Source of the DNA: an uncultured delta proteobacterium
GTDB taxonomy: Bacteria > Desulfobacterota > Desulfuromonadia > Geobacterales > DSM-12255
Assembly: GCA_963787125.1 (NCBI GenBank)
Contig: CAWBBV010000005.1
Location: 64,001 to 128,000, forward strand
Direction: 5' to 3'
DNA length: 64,000 bases
How positions within the stretch are numbered: the first letter of the stretch is position 1; each line of letters opens with the position of its first letter. The notes under the pieces are model-generated. The model saw only the letters and a list, made by a program, of their open reading frames with translations, was not told the origin of the DNA and ran no database searches. The translations under genes were made by a program, and so were the position numbers. Below are positions 38,807 to 47,973 of this stretch, piece after piece.

Positions 38807-39601
38807 ATGATTGAGCTGGTTACATATATCGGGGTTGGGATTGTTGCAGGCCTTCTGGCAGGGCTTTTGGGCGTTGGTGGCGGTATTGTCATCGTGCCGA
38901 TGCTGACCTTCACTTTTGAGCTGCAGCGGCTCCCCCACGAGCATATCCAGCATCTGGCCCTGGGGACATCCCTGGCGACCATAATCTTTACTTCAGTCGC
39001 CAGCCTGCGGGCTCATCATGCCCGGGGGGGGGTAGATTGGCCGACCGTCAGAAATATTACCCCGGGGATACTCTTTGGCACCTTTACAGGGTCATGGTTC
39101 GCAGCGGCGCTGAGCGGTCATTTTCTAAAGGTATTTTTCATCATCTTCACCTTTTTCGTAGCCTGGCAGATGCTCTCCAACCGGCTGCCAAAGGCGTCGC
39201 GGCAGATACCCGGACGGTTTGGGCTTTTCGGCACAGGGAGCATCATCGGCGGCATCTCCAGCCTGGTCGGAATCGGCGGCGGGAGCATGTCCGTGCCGTT
39301 TTTAATCTGGTGCAATCTGAATGCCCGGATAGCAATCGGCACATCTGCTGCCATAGGCTTTCCGATTGCACTTTCCGGAGCAGCCGGTTATCTGCTCAAC
39401 GGACTAAAAGTTGCCGGGCTGCCAGCTCACAGCATCGGCTACATATATCTGCCGGCCCTTGCGGGAATAGCCATTACCAGCTACTTAACGGCTCCGCTCG
39501 GCGCGAAACTGGCACACAATCTACCGATACCGGGACTGAAAAAAGGTTTTGCGCTGCTGCTCATTGCCACCGGGCTCAAGATGCTTTACGGGCTGCTCTA
39601 A
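38807..39601 (+). CDS. Sulfite exporter TauE/SafE family protein
   Basis: GLLGVGGG..VP, ALGTSL, GIGGGS..VP repeats. Confidence 0.9.
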   Translation: MIELVTYIGVGIVAGLLAGLLGVGGGIVIVPMLTFTFELQRLPHEHIQHLALGTSLATIIFTSVASLRAHHARGGVDWPTVRNITPGILFGTFTGSWFAAALSGHFLKVFFIIFTFFVAWQMLSNRLPKASRQIPGRFGLFGTGSIIGGISSLVGIGGGSMSVPFLIWCNLNARIAIGTSAAIGFPIALSGAAGYLLNGLKVAGLPAHSIGYIYLPALAGIAITSYLTAPLGAKLAHNLPIPGLKKGFALLLIATGLKMLYGLL

Positions 39602-40346
39602 CCCCGCCACAGGCCGGACAATCCATATTCCGCCGAACGCCAATCTCCCTGAATTTCATGGCACTGGAGTCATACGTCAAAAGCCTTCCCAGCAGCAGTT
39701 CGCCAACTCCGGTCAGATATTTTATGGCCTCTGTTGCCTGCAGCGTCCCGATAATGCCGGGGAGCACGCCTATTACTCCTGCCTTGGAACAGGCCACGGC
39801 ATCAACAGCTTGCGGCGGCTCTGGAAAGATGCAGCGGTAACAGGGTGATTCTCCCGGGATGACCGTCAGCGTCTGGCCGTTGTAGCGAAGAATGCCGCCA
39901 TGGGAATAGGCCTTACCGGCAGCAACACAGGCGTCATTGATAAGAAACTTTGATTCGAAATTATCTGTAGCATCAATAATAAAGTCATACGCTGCTATCA
40001 GTGCCGCTATGTTCTGCCTGTCAACCCTGGCGGGGTATGTGGCCAAGTCAACTTCAGGATTGAGCGGTTTCAGAATGGTTATTGCCGATTCCACCTTTAA
40101 CTGACCGATTCTATCCGTTGCGTGCAGCACCTGCCGCTGCAGGTTTGAAAGCTCGACAACGTCACTGTCAGCGACTCCGATCCGGCCGACACCCGCTGCG
40201 ACCAGATAAAGCAGTGCCGGGGAACCGAGTCCGCCGGCGCCGATTACCAGCACACTGCCGCCCATCAGCTTCTGCTGGCCCTCTTCACCAACCCCTTCCA
40301 GCATCAAGTGCCTGGCATAGCGCTCTTTTTGTGCGACTGTCAACAT
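39576..40346 (-). CDS. ThiF/MoeB family adenylyltransferase
   Basis: RYARH, IGAGGLGS, SNLQRQ, DATDNF, CYRC and CPAC Zn motifs. Confidence 0.92.
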   Translation of the reverse strand: MLTVAQKERYARHLMLEGVGEEGQQKLMGGSVLVIGAGGLGSPALLYLVAAGVGRIGVADSDVVELSNLQRQVLHATDRIGQLKVESAITILKPLNPEVDLATYPARVDRQNIAALIAAYDFIIDATDNFESKFLINDACVAAGKAYSHGGILRYNGQTLTVIPGESPCYRCIFPEPPQAVDAVACSKAGVIGVLPGIIGTLQATEAIKYLTGVGELLLGRLLTYDSSAMKFREIGVRRNMDCPACGGVRAARKAS

Positions 40347-40359
40347 GGTGTACCTCAAT

Positions 40360-40386
40360 AAAAAAAGGGGGAGATTTCTCTCCCCC
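40360..40386 (-). terminator. Intrinsic terminator after rpoH
   Basis: Reverse strand GGGGGAGA-GAAA-TCTCCCCC-TTTTTTT. Confidence 0.85.
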
Positions 40387-40411
40387 GATTGTCAGTTTAC
40401 CAAACAGATCT

Positions 40412-41266
40412 TTAAACCGCTACAACATCGAGCATCAAAGGGGTCAAAAGGTTTTTCAACTTCTTTCTCGCCCCTTCTTCAATCTGTCGAACCCGTTCGC
40501 GGGAAATCGAAAAATACTCGGCGATCTCCTGGAGCGTCTGCGGCTCCTCGGCAGCAACCCGCTGTTCGATTATATAGCGCTCTTTCTCATTTAATGTTTG
40601 CAGAGCTTTGCCGATCTCACGCTGGAGAATCACGGCTTCCTGATGATCGCCAAGCATCTCCTCCTGGTTTTTACTGCCGTCAGTAAGAGAGTCAAGCATG
40701 GTAAGCCCTTCACCGGCAACGATCTCTGCATCAAGAGAGTATTCGCCCCGCATGCGCTGATCCATCTCGAAGACTTCCGATTCCTTGACATCAAGGGTCA
40801 AGGCTGCTTCCTGAAGGTTGTCATGACCGAGCATATTCTTGATGGCGTTTTTAGCCTGATTCAGCTTGAAGAACAGTTTTTTCTGTGCCTGCGTTGTCCC
40901 GATTTTAAGGAGACTCCAGTTGGAGATGATGAAGTTCTGAATATACGCCCTGATCCACCAGACTGCGTAAGAGATCAGCTTGATCCCCTTATACGGATCA
41001 AACTTCCTGACAGCCATCATCAGACCGATATTCCCCTCCTGGATCAAATCCAGCATCTTCATGCCGTAAGCACGATACTCCATGCAGACTTTGACGACAA
41101 AGCGAAGATTAGAGGTTATGAGCGTGTGAGCAGCGTCCAGATCCTTTTCATCAAAATAATTGAGGGCAAGCCTCTTCTCCTCATCGGCACTCAGGAGCGG
41201 AAATTTGCGAATCTCTGCAAGATATATGGTGAGACTGTCAGCTAATACCGGCAAATTCATTGTCAT
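40412..41266 (-). CDS. rpoH: RNA polymerase sigma-32 factor
   Basis: DLIQEGNIGLM, YAVWWIRA, RpoH box QKKLFFKL, SRERVRQIE; CAGGAGG RBS. Confidence 0.93.
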   Translation of the reverse strand: MTMNLPVLADSLTIYLAEIRKFPLLSADEEKRLALNYFDEKDLDAAHTLITSNLRFVVKVCMEYRAYGMKMLDLIQEGNIGLMMAVRKFDPYKGIKLISYAVWWIRAYIQNFIISNWSLLKIGTTQAQKKLFFKLNQAKNAIKNMLGHDNLQEAALTLDVKESEVFEMDQRMRGEYSLDAEIVAGEGLTMLDSLTDGSKNQEEMLGDHQEAVILQREIGKALQTLNEKERYIIEQRVAAEEPQTLQEIAEYFSISRERVRQIEEGARKKLKNLLTPLMLDVVAV

Positions 41267-41298
41267 CTTGAAAGCGCCTCCTGAACAAAATACAAAAA

Positions 41299-41325
41299 TT
41301 GGCACTCCCTGAATGGGAGTGCCAA
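41299..41325. promoter_or_regulatory. CIRCE element (HrcA operator)
   Basis: TTGGCACTC-N9-GAGTGCCAA, perfect inverted repeat close to TTAGCACTC-N9-GAGTGCTAA, just upstream of rpoH. Confidence 0.9.
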
Positions 41326-41364
41326 CAATATAACACCACTACTGATAATTTTCAAGGGGTTGTA

Positions 41365-41820
41365 TTATTTTTTCTCGTACATCAGCACCGTCATTTCAGG
41401 TCTTTTCGGTGCATAGGCGAAAGTAATTTTGGAAGACTGATCCTGCCAGCGATAGACAACCATATGTGGCGCACCGCTGCGATCAATCGTTCCCTGGCCA
41501 TACAGCTTCTGCTGTTTGGCCAGGAGCTTTTCAATGCCGTTCTTGGCTACATAAACCGGATCCATGGTTACTGAAACGGCTACAAGCCTGTTTGCGACAA
41601 AGGCAAAAGTCCGCTGCTTTATTTCACCTGAAGGCTTAAGCTGCTTGTAAACGTCCTGTGTTCCAAGTTTCGCCATCTTCCCCTTGGGGTAAGCCCGGGT
41701 AACACTCTTTAATTCCGCTCCCCACGGCTGCTTACCGTAGCCGGCAAATATCTGGGCTGCAAATGCTGCGGTAGCGAATAGCAGGAGCGGCAGACAGAGC
41801 AGATAAATCAGTTTTCTCAT
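41365..41820 (-). CDS. Hypothetical exported protein
   Basis: Signal peptide ending AFA; basic 151 aa ORF. Confidence 0.75.
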   Translation of the reverse strand: MRKLIYLLCLPLLLFATAAFAAQIFAGYGKQPWGAELKSVTRAYPKGKMAKLGTQDVYKQLKPSGEIKQRTFAFVANRLVAVSVTMDPVYVAKNGIEKLLAKQQKLYGQGTIDRSGAPHMVVYRWQDQSSKITFAYAPKRPEMTVLMYEKK

Positions 41821-41981
41821 AGAATCCTCAGTATGATCATTAGGTGAACTTAGTTTTTATACTTCCTAAGATTAACCCTGTCAAGAACGATGCATAAACT
41901 GCCTCTAAATGCTTGCCGCGCAGGTCAATAATATGCTAATTCTTCAAAGTATAAAAAAGTTTTACCAATGGAGGCTTCAGC

Positions 41982-43052
41982 ATGAATATCCGCATTCTTC
42001 CGCTCCCTGATGAGAAAAAGAAATTGAAATACAGCGACGAAACACAACTCGGCTTCGGCAAAATCTTTACCGACCGGATGTTCATAGCTGAATGGAAAAC
42101 AGGCCAGGGGTGGGTTGATGCCCGCATCGAACCGTATGCCCCCTTTTCCCTGGATCCAGCCTGCCTGGTGCTCCATTATGCCCAGGAAATATTCGAAGGG
42201 ATGAAAGCCTATAAATGGGAAGATGGTTCCATAGCCCTGTTTCGCCCGGAAATGAACGCCCGCAGATTCAACCTTTCCGGAGACAGAATGTGCATGCCGG
42301 AAGTCCCGGAAGAGCTGTTTCTCCAAGGGGTGGAACAGCTGGTAAAGCTTGAAAGTAACTGGATTCCATCGTCAGCCGGCACTTCGCTGTATATCCGCCC
42401 TACCATGATAGCGGTAGAACCGGTTCTCGGCGTCAAGCCGTCAGACCATTTCTATTTTTACGTCATCCTCTCGCCGGTAGGCGCCTACTATGCCGGCGGC
42501 TTCAACCCGGTAAAGATAATGGTCGAGGACAAATATGTCCGCGCAGTTCCCGGTGGCACCGGTGAAGCCAAGACCGGCGGAAACTATGCCAGCTCCCTCA
42601 AAGCTGGGCTTGAAGCAAAAAAGAAAGGCTTCGATCAGGTTCTCTGGCTCGATGGCATGCAGCGCCGCTATATTGAAGAAGTCGGCGCCATGAACATGTT
42701 CTTCGCCTACGGCAACACGGTGGTAACCGCTCCGCTTGAGGGCTCAATTCTTAACGGCGTTACCCGCAACTCTGTCATCAGCCTGGCCGGAGAACTCGGT
42801 TTCACTGTTGAGGAGCGAAAGATCGATATTGACACGATCATGGCTGACATCGGCACCGGCATGATTACCGAGGCATTCGGCAGCGGCACCGCCGCAGTTA
42901 TCACCCCGGTGGGAACTCTTTGTTACAAAGAGCAGAACGCCGTCATCGGCAGCGGCGGCGTCGGCTTCCTGACGCAGAAACTATACGACACCCTGACCGG
43001 AATTCAGACCGGGCATATTCCGGACAAATTCGGTTGGGTAAGAAAGCTTTAG
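41982..43052 (+). CDS. ilvE: Branched-chain amino acid aminotransferase
   Basis: LHYAQEIFEGMKAY, LYIRP, AKTGGNYA, EEVGAMN, GSGTAAVI. Confidence 0.95.
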   Translation: MNIRILPLPDEKKKLKYSDETQLGFGKIFTDRMFIAEWKTGQGWVDARIEPYAPFSLDPACLVLHYAQEIFEGMKAYKWEDGSIALFRPEMNARRFNLSGDRMCMPEVPEELFLQGVEQLVKLESNWIPSSAGTSLYIRPTMIAVEPVLGVKPSDHFYFYVILSPVGAYYAGGFNPVKIMVEDKYVRAVPGGTGEAKTGGNYASSLKAGLEAKKKGFDQVLWLDGMQRRYIEEVGAMNMFFAYGNTVVTAPLEGSILNGVTRNSVISLAGELGFTVEERKIDIDTIMADIGTGMITEAFGSGTAAVITPVGTLCYKEQNAVIGSGGVGFLTQKLYDTLTGIQTGHIPDKFGWVRKL

Positions 43053-43066
43053 CCCTGCACCTGGCC

Positions 43067-43237
43067 ATGAAACTCAAAGAAGACGAGACAAACCGCCTCT
43101 GCAGGTCGTGCCGGCGTAAGTGCAAACAGACGGCAATGGCACTGATCGCCTCATGTCCGCAGTATTCACCGCTGCCACTTGACCTGCGCACCAGCTGGAA
43201 GCAGCCGGAGCTGCCTTTATGGGGAAAATCACGCTGA
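43067..43237 (+). CDS. Small Cys-rich hypothetical protein (56 aa)
   Basis: MKLKEDETNRLCRSCRRKCKQ...CPQY; sits between ilvE and the ferredoxin. Confidence 0.5.
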   Translation: MKLKEDETNRLCRSCRRKCKQTAMALIASCPQYSPLPLDLRTSWKQPELPLWGKSR

Positions 43238-43446
43238 CACTCCCTGCAAGCCCAACGGCAACACCTGTTAACACGAGATGCAGCGGCTGCGGTCGCTGCA
43301 TCTCAGCCTGTCCGCAAAAGCTTTACACTCTGGAAGTCGCCGGCTACCGAAAGCAGGCGGTAAACTTAAACCCGGCACAATGCACTCTTTGCAGAAGATG
43401 CAGCCTCTCTTGCCCTTTGGAACTCCTTCCCGACGGAGCAGTTTAA
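43219..43446 (+). CDS. 2[4Fe-4S] ferredoxin-like protein
   Basis: CSGCGRCISACP and CTLCRRCSLSCP. Confidence 0.8.
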   Translation: MGKITLTLPASPTATPVNTRCSGCGRCISACPQKLYTLEVAGYRKQAVNLNPAQCTLCRRCSLSCPLELLPDGAV

Positions 43447-43716
43447 AACCACGTATCACATCGCAGCAGTTCACATCCGTATATCCAATGAGAAGACTCT
43501 AGCCAGCCAATAATTTCAGCGATGCCAACTTACATAGTAAATCCTAATTAGAAACACTGCCCGAGTATTTCCCAAAGACTTTCAAGCTTAAAGTCAACTC
43601 ATTAGACTGTCCCTAGCTGTAATTTCTTTCGTATCAACTGAAAGCAGTCACCTTTCACCCCCCGATTGTCAGGCGTAACTAGCTATATCTGCAATAAATT
43701 GCAGATAGCCACCACT

Positions 43717-43733
43717 CTGGCACTAATTGTGCT
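43717..43733 (+). promoter_or_regulatory. sigma54 (-24/-12) promoter of the giant cytochrome operon
   Basis: CTGGCACTAATTGTGCT (TGGCAC, GG-N10-GC). Confidence 0.75.
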
Positions 43734-43950
43734 TTTGCCCTATCGGCTCTTTACGACTTTTAAATCTACCAGATTTGTTGCAGTGAATATAAAGCGCTTA
43801 CGTATTATTTTATTTTTTTCATTAGCATAAGAACGTCATTTTACTTAAACCCTGCGTGCTTTAGCGTAAGCTCACTATTACTATATTAACTATTTTTAAA
43901 GTTACGCCTTAATATCTGGTTTGATGGTAAACGTCAAAGGGAGATGCATT

Positions 43951-46900
43951 ATGGGTCAGCTTAGGACCAGTGACCGTGACGACACAAAGAAGGCGTCCCG
44001 GCTACAAGCAACTATAATGGCTACAGCGACAACCTGCTTCGGGATCGGCATTTTCCTGACAATATGCTTGACCTCAATGACTTGTCTGGCCGCTATCCCG
44101 ATGATGCACAATAGTGACAATGTTGGCACCAAGTATGGCACATGGGGGACAAGCTATACCTGCTCAACCTGCCATTCAAGCAGCGCAGTAACCCCAAACA
44201 TCAAGCAGGTGCTCCCTGCAATAGCGACCCCTATCGGTTCACGGCCGGTTGAATTCAGGCGAGTTGAAGCATTTGACCATACATCATCCGGTGTACTGGG
44301 AGACGACCAGCGCACCTACAAAATAGACACATCAACCAACGTCTGCGAAGTCTGTCACCATAAAACCATGTACCACCAGTACAGCTCCAGCAAACTTCAG
44401 GATAAAGTTCATACGCAGCACAAGGACTTCCAGAAGGAGTGCCTTGTCTGTCACAGCCATAGAGTGGGCTTCATGCCCCCGCAGGTTGGCAACTGCACCG
44501 ATTGTCACGGCTATCCGCCGACAAAGGCAGCAGATCTCTTCACCAAGATCATGGGAGCCTCCCCACCTGCCAATGGCGGCGCCCACGGCATTCACCGCCT
44601 GGAAGAAGGGATGCAGTGTAAAGCCTGTCATAATAACAACCAGCATGGACTGCTTGGCAACGACGTCATGGAGTTCGGCTTCAATATTTACTCGGGCAGC
44701 TGGCCGAGCTTCAGCGGCAGGGTAACCTCCGGAACCATCAACATCAGTAATGACCCGAGTATCACCTGGACAATCGGCCCGGGGCAGCCAAATCTCGGCA
44801 CAATCGTTAACCGGGTCAGCGGCACTGGGGCAACCTGCAGCATTTACTGTCACGGTGACAACTGGAACTACCCTTCAGGCTACAGCAGAACCGGCCCGAT
44901 ATCATGGGCGAACGGGCCTTTGGGGGCCTGCAGTAATGCCACCTGCCACGGCACCACCCCCACCAATCCGCCTACTCCGGTAATCATGGCTAACGTCTCC
45001 ACCGGCGCTCATAAGCGCCATGTCGGCAAGAATCAGTATCTCTGCACTGCCTGTCACGACAGTTACGCCACGCCACACATGGTCAACGGCAGAGTCAAGT
45101 GGAACCTGAGTCAGCAAGGAACCAGCGCCACTTATAAGGGCTTTAAAATATTTTCAACAAGCTATATGGCAACAACCGGCGCCTACGGTAGTTGCAACAA
45201 CATCGCCTGCCACTCAACAGTTCAGAATTCAGACGGTTCCGGCATCAGTGCGGTTGTCTACCAGAGCGTCACCTGGGGCGGCGGTGCGCTTGCCTGCAAC
45301 AGTTGCCATGCAAGCGTGATGACCAGCGGCAGTCACAGCAAACATACCACCGGTTATGACGACCGCTTCTCCTGCAGTGACTGTCACGACGGCGCAGGTA
45401 AAGACAATCCGGCCAAGCATGGCAACGAAAACATTGATGTCGTTTTTAGCGCCACCTTCGGCGGCAATTACAGTCAGACAGTAAATGTTCCGGGCGATGG
45501 CTACGGCACATGTTCAGCCAACTACTGCCACAGTGACGGCAATGGCGCAACCCGGACAGTTGCATGGGGAGCTGCCGTCAACTGCAGCAGTTGTCATGGC
45601 GGCGACGCCGGCAGCGGCACACCGATCACTAGCGGCAAACATGGCGCCCATATCAACCAGGCCGGCACTCTCGGCTCGAATTACGGCTGCATTGACTGCC
45701 ATGCAAAAACAGTCAGCGACAACAACACCATCAGCACCAAAGCCAACCATGTCAATAAGTTCAAAGAGTATTCCGGGATAAAGGCCGGCAAGAGCAGCAG
45801 CTACAGCAGCGCAACCGGCGTCTGTTCCGCCTCCTACTGCCATACTGACGGTAAGGGAACCCAGAAAGATCTGAGTGCCACCGGCTGGAACAGCGCGGCA
45901 ACATTCGATTGCACCGGCTGCCACGGCTCTGATGCTGCGCCAACCTTCAGCAGCATTGCCGGCGAACCGAACTATGCCAATCAGGGTGCAGGCCAGACCC
46001 GGGCAAACAGCCATCAAAAGCATATGGGTGGCGTGGGTGCCACAAGCTGCCTTTACTGCCACGGCAATACCATGAACAGCGGCGGCACGCTCATTGTCGC
46101 CAGCACTACTCATACCAATAAAATTATTGACGTCGCCCAGGGCGGCGGCAAAAGCTTCAGCTATACTTCCGGGACAAAAACCTGCGGGGCCATCAGCTGC
46201 CACGGCACAGGCTCTCCCCAGGCTCAATGGGGACAGACCATGCCGGCCGACTGCAGCGGTTGTCACGGCGGCAACGCCACAGCTGCAACGATCATCGCCA
46301 CCGGAAAACATACTGCCCACATCAATAATGCCGCTGTCATCGGCGACAACATCGGCTGCAGCGAATGCCACGCCAAAACTTTATCGGCTGAGCGGACCAT
46401 CGGCAACAGCGGCAATCATGCCAACGGCTTCAGCGACTATTCGGGGATAAAGGCAGGCAGCAGCAACAGTTACACAGCTGCCACCGGCGTCTGTTCAGCC
46501 AGTTACTGCCATACCGATGGCAAAGGGAGTCTCATCAGCATGGCAACTGATACCTGGAAGGGGACCACCACCCTTGGCTGCGCCGGTTGCCACGGCCGGG
46601 ACGCTACCCCGGCATTCACCAGCGTCGCCGGTGAACCGAACTATGCCACCAGCGGCGGCAACCTGCTTCGTTCCAACAGCCACCAGGGCCATACAACCAA
46701 GGTTTCCGGCTATACCGGCGCCTCATCCTGTGATATCTGTCACACCAACACGGTCACCACCAACGGCACTGCTATCAAAGCCGGCTCAAGCCACCTGAGC
46801 AGAGGGATAGACGTTAATTTCAATGCAGCCAGAGCAACCGCCAGCTGGAACCCATTAACAAAGACCTGCAACAATATTTCCTGCCACGGTGGACAGAATG

Positions 46901-47973
46901 CCACCTGGGGCGACATATCCTCAGTCGCCTGCATTGTCTGTCATGGCAGCCTCTCCGCTACCCACGGTATTCATATCAGTGACCTTTTAACCAGTGGAGC
47001 AGTGACCTTTTACAACTTCACCGGCATCCGCAATTCCGGGACCGCCTACCGGATCGGCTGCGCCAACTGCCACCCGACCGACCCGTCCAAACACCGTAAC
47101 GGCGTTGTCGACTTGACCATCAACAAGAACAAGGTTGGCGCCAACTTTGTCGCCACACTCAACTCTCTGGCAACTGCCGACGGCATCAACATAGCAAACA
47201 GCGGTATCAGCGGCACAGCCGGCTCCAACGTCGTCTGCGCCGCGGCCTACTGCCATTCAAACGGACGGATTATCCCGCTCGGCGCCGGCGACTTCAAGGC
47301 TTCACCCAACTGGTATGCAGCGTCAATAACTACCAACCGCTGCGGCATGTGCCACGACAACCCGCCGCAGTATGCCGGTCAGTCTCACTATGTTGCCACC
47401 TCCAGTCTGGGTAATAACGGTGTACCTCCCTATGCCGACAGTGGCCATATGGTCGGCATCCATTTTAAAACCACCGCCAAAGGGAACAATGAAAACGGCT
47501 TCCTCGGTTTCTCCTCCAGCGGCAACGTGGCTCATGGCAACGCCGCCGTAGCAACCACCATCAGCTGCTACATCTGCCATAGCGGCATTGTCAGTCCGGC
47601 CACCATCGACACCTACGCCATGAACGGCAGCACCAGCAAATTCCGCTGCGGCTCCTGTCATACCGGCAGTAGCCGCACCCGGCTGCAGAACGGCCTGATT
47701 ATCAACACCGCCCTGCATATTAACGGCGTCAAAAATGTTGTTTTTTCCCCTACCAGTATCAAAACCAAGGCGCAGCTTGCCACCGCCGGCAACGCCCTTG
47801 GCTGGACACGTAATGGAATTTACAAGGCTGCAGACTCCTATGACAGCGCTGACCTGTCGGTTTCGACCTGGGATTCAGGCACAAAAACATGCCTGACAGC
47901 CTGTCACGTCAATCAGCCGAACATTATCTGGGGCGCAGCACTGCAGTGCGTCAGTTGTCACGCGAATCAATAA
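43951..47973 (+). CDS. Giant CxxxxCH/CxxCH multiheme cytochrome A (about 32 heme motifs)
   Basis: N-terminal hydrophobic leader; hand count 22 CxxCH, 8 Cx4CH, 2 Cx3CH; AAGGGAG RBS. Confidence 0.92.
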   Translation: MGQLRTSDRDDTKKASRLQATIMATATTCFGIGIFLTICLTSMTCLAAIPMMHNSDNVGTKYGTWGTSYTCSTCHSSSAVTPNIKQVLPAIATPIGSRPVEFRRVEAFDHTSSGVLGDDQRTYKIDTSTNVCEVCHHKTMYHQYSSSKLQDKVHTQHKDFQKECLVCHSHRVGFMPPQVGNCTDCHGYPPTKAADLFTKIMGASPPANGGAHGIHRLEEGMQCKACHNNNQHGLLGNDVMEFGFNIYSGSWPSFSGRVTSGTINISNDPSITWTIGPGQPNLGTIVNRVSGTGATCSIYCHGDNWNYPSGYSRTGPISWANGPLGACSNATCHGTTPTNPPTPVIMANVSTGAHKRHVGKNQYLCTACHDSYATPHMVNGRVKWNLSQQGTSATYKGFKIFSTSYMATTGAYGSCNNIACHSTVQNSDGSGISAVVYQSVTWGGGALACNSCHASVMTSGSHSKHTTGYDDRFSCSDCHDGAGKDNPAKHGNENIDVVFSATFGGNYSQTVNVPGDGYGTCSANYCHSDGNGATRTVAWGAAVNCSSCHGGDAGSGTPITSGKHGAHINQAGTLGSNYGCIDCHAKTVSDNNTISTKANHVNKFKEYSGIKAGKSSSYSSATGVCSASYCHTDGKGTQKDLSATGWNSAATFDCTGCHGSDAAPTFSSIAGEPNYANQGAGQTRANSHQKHMGGVGATSCLYCHGNTMNSGGTLIVASTTHTNKIIDVAQGGGKSFSYTSGTKTCGAISCHGTGSPQAQWGQTMPADCSGCHGGNATAATIIATGKHTAHINNAAVIGDNIGCSECHAKTLSAERTIGNSGNHANGFSDYSGIKAGSSNSYTAATGVCSASYCHTDGKGSLISMATDTWKGTTTLGCAGCHGRDATPAFTSVAGEPNYATSGGNLLRSNSHQGHTTKVSGYTGASSCDICHTNTVTTNGTAIKAGSSHLSRGIDVNFNAARATASWNPLTKTCNNISCHGGQNATWGDISSVACIVCHGSLSATHGIHISDLLTSGAVTFYNFTGIRNSGTAYRIGCANCHPTDPSKHRNGVVDLTINKNKVGANFVATLNSLATADGINIANSGISGTAGSNVVCAAAYCHSNGRIIPLGAGDFKASPNWYAASITTNRCGMCHDNPPQYAGQSHYVATSSLGNNGVPPYADSGHMVGIHFKTTAKGNNENGFLGFSSSGNVAHGNAAVATTISCYICHSGIVSPATIDTYAMNGSTSKFRCGSCHTGSSRTRLQNGLIINTALHINGVKNVVFSPTSIKTKAQLATAGNALGWTRNGIYKAADSYDSADLSVSTWDSGTKTCLTACHVNQPNIIWGAALQCVSCHANQ

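Noticed and set aside
43735..43950. Possible GEMM-I (c-di-GMP/cGAMP) riboswitch in the long cytochrome leader
   Set aside because: No GGCAAAC..GAAA..GACGCAAAGC-type core seen; region is AT-rich and unstructured
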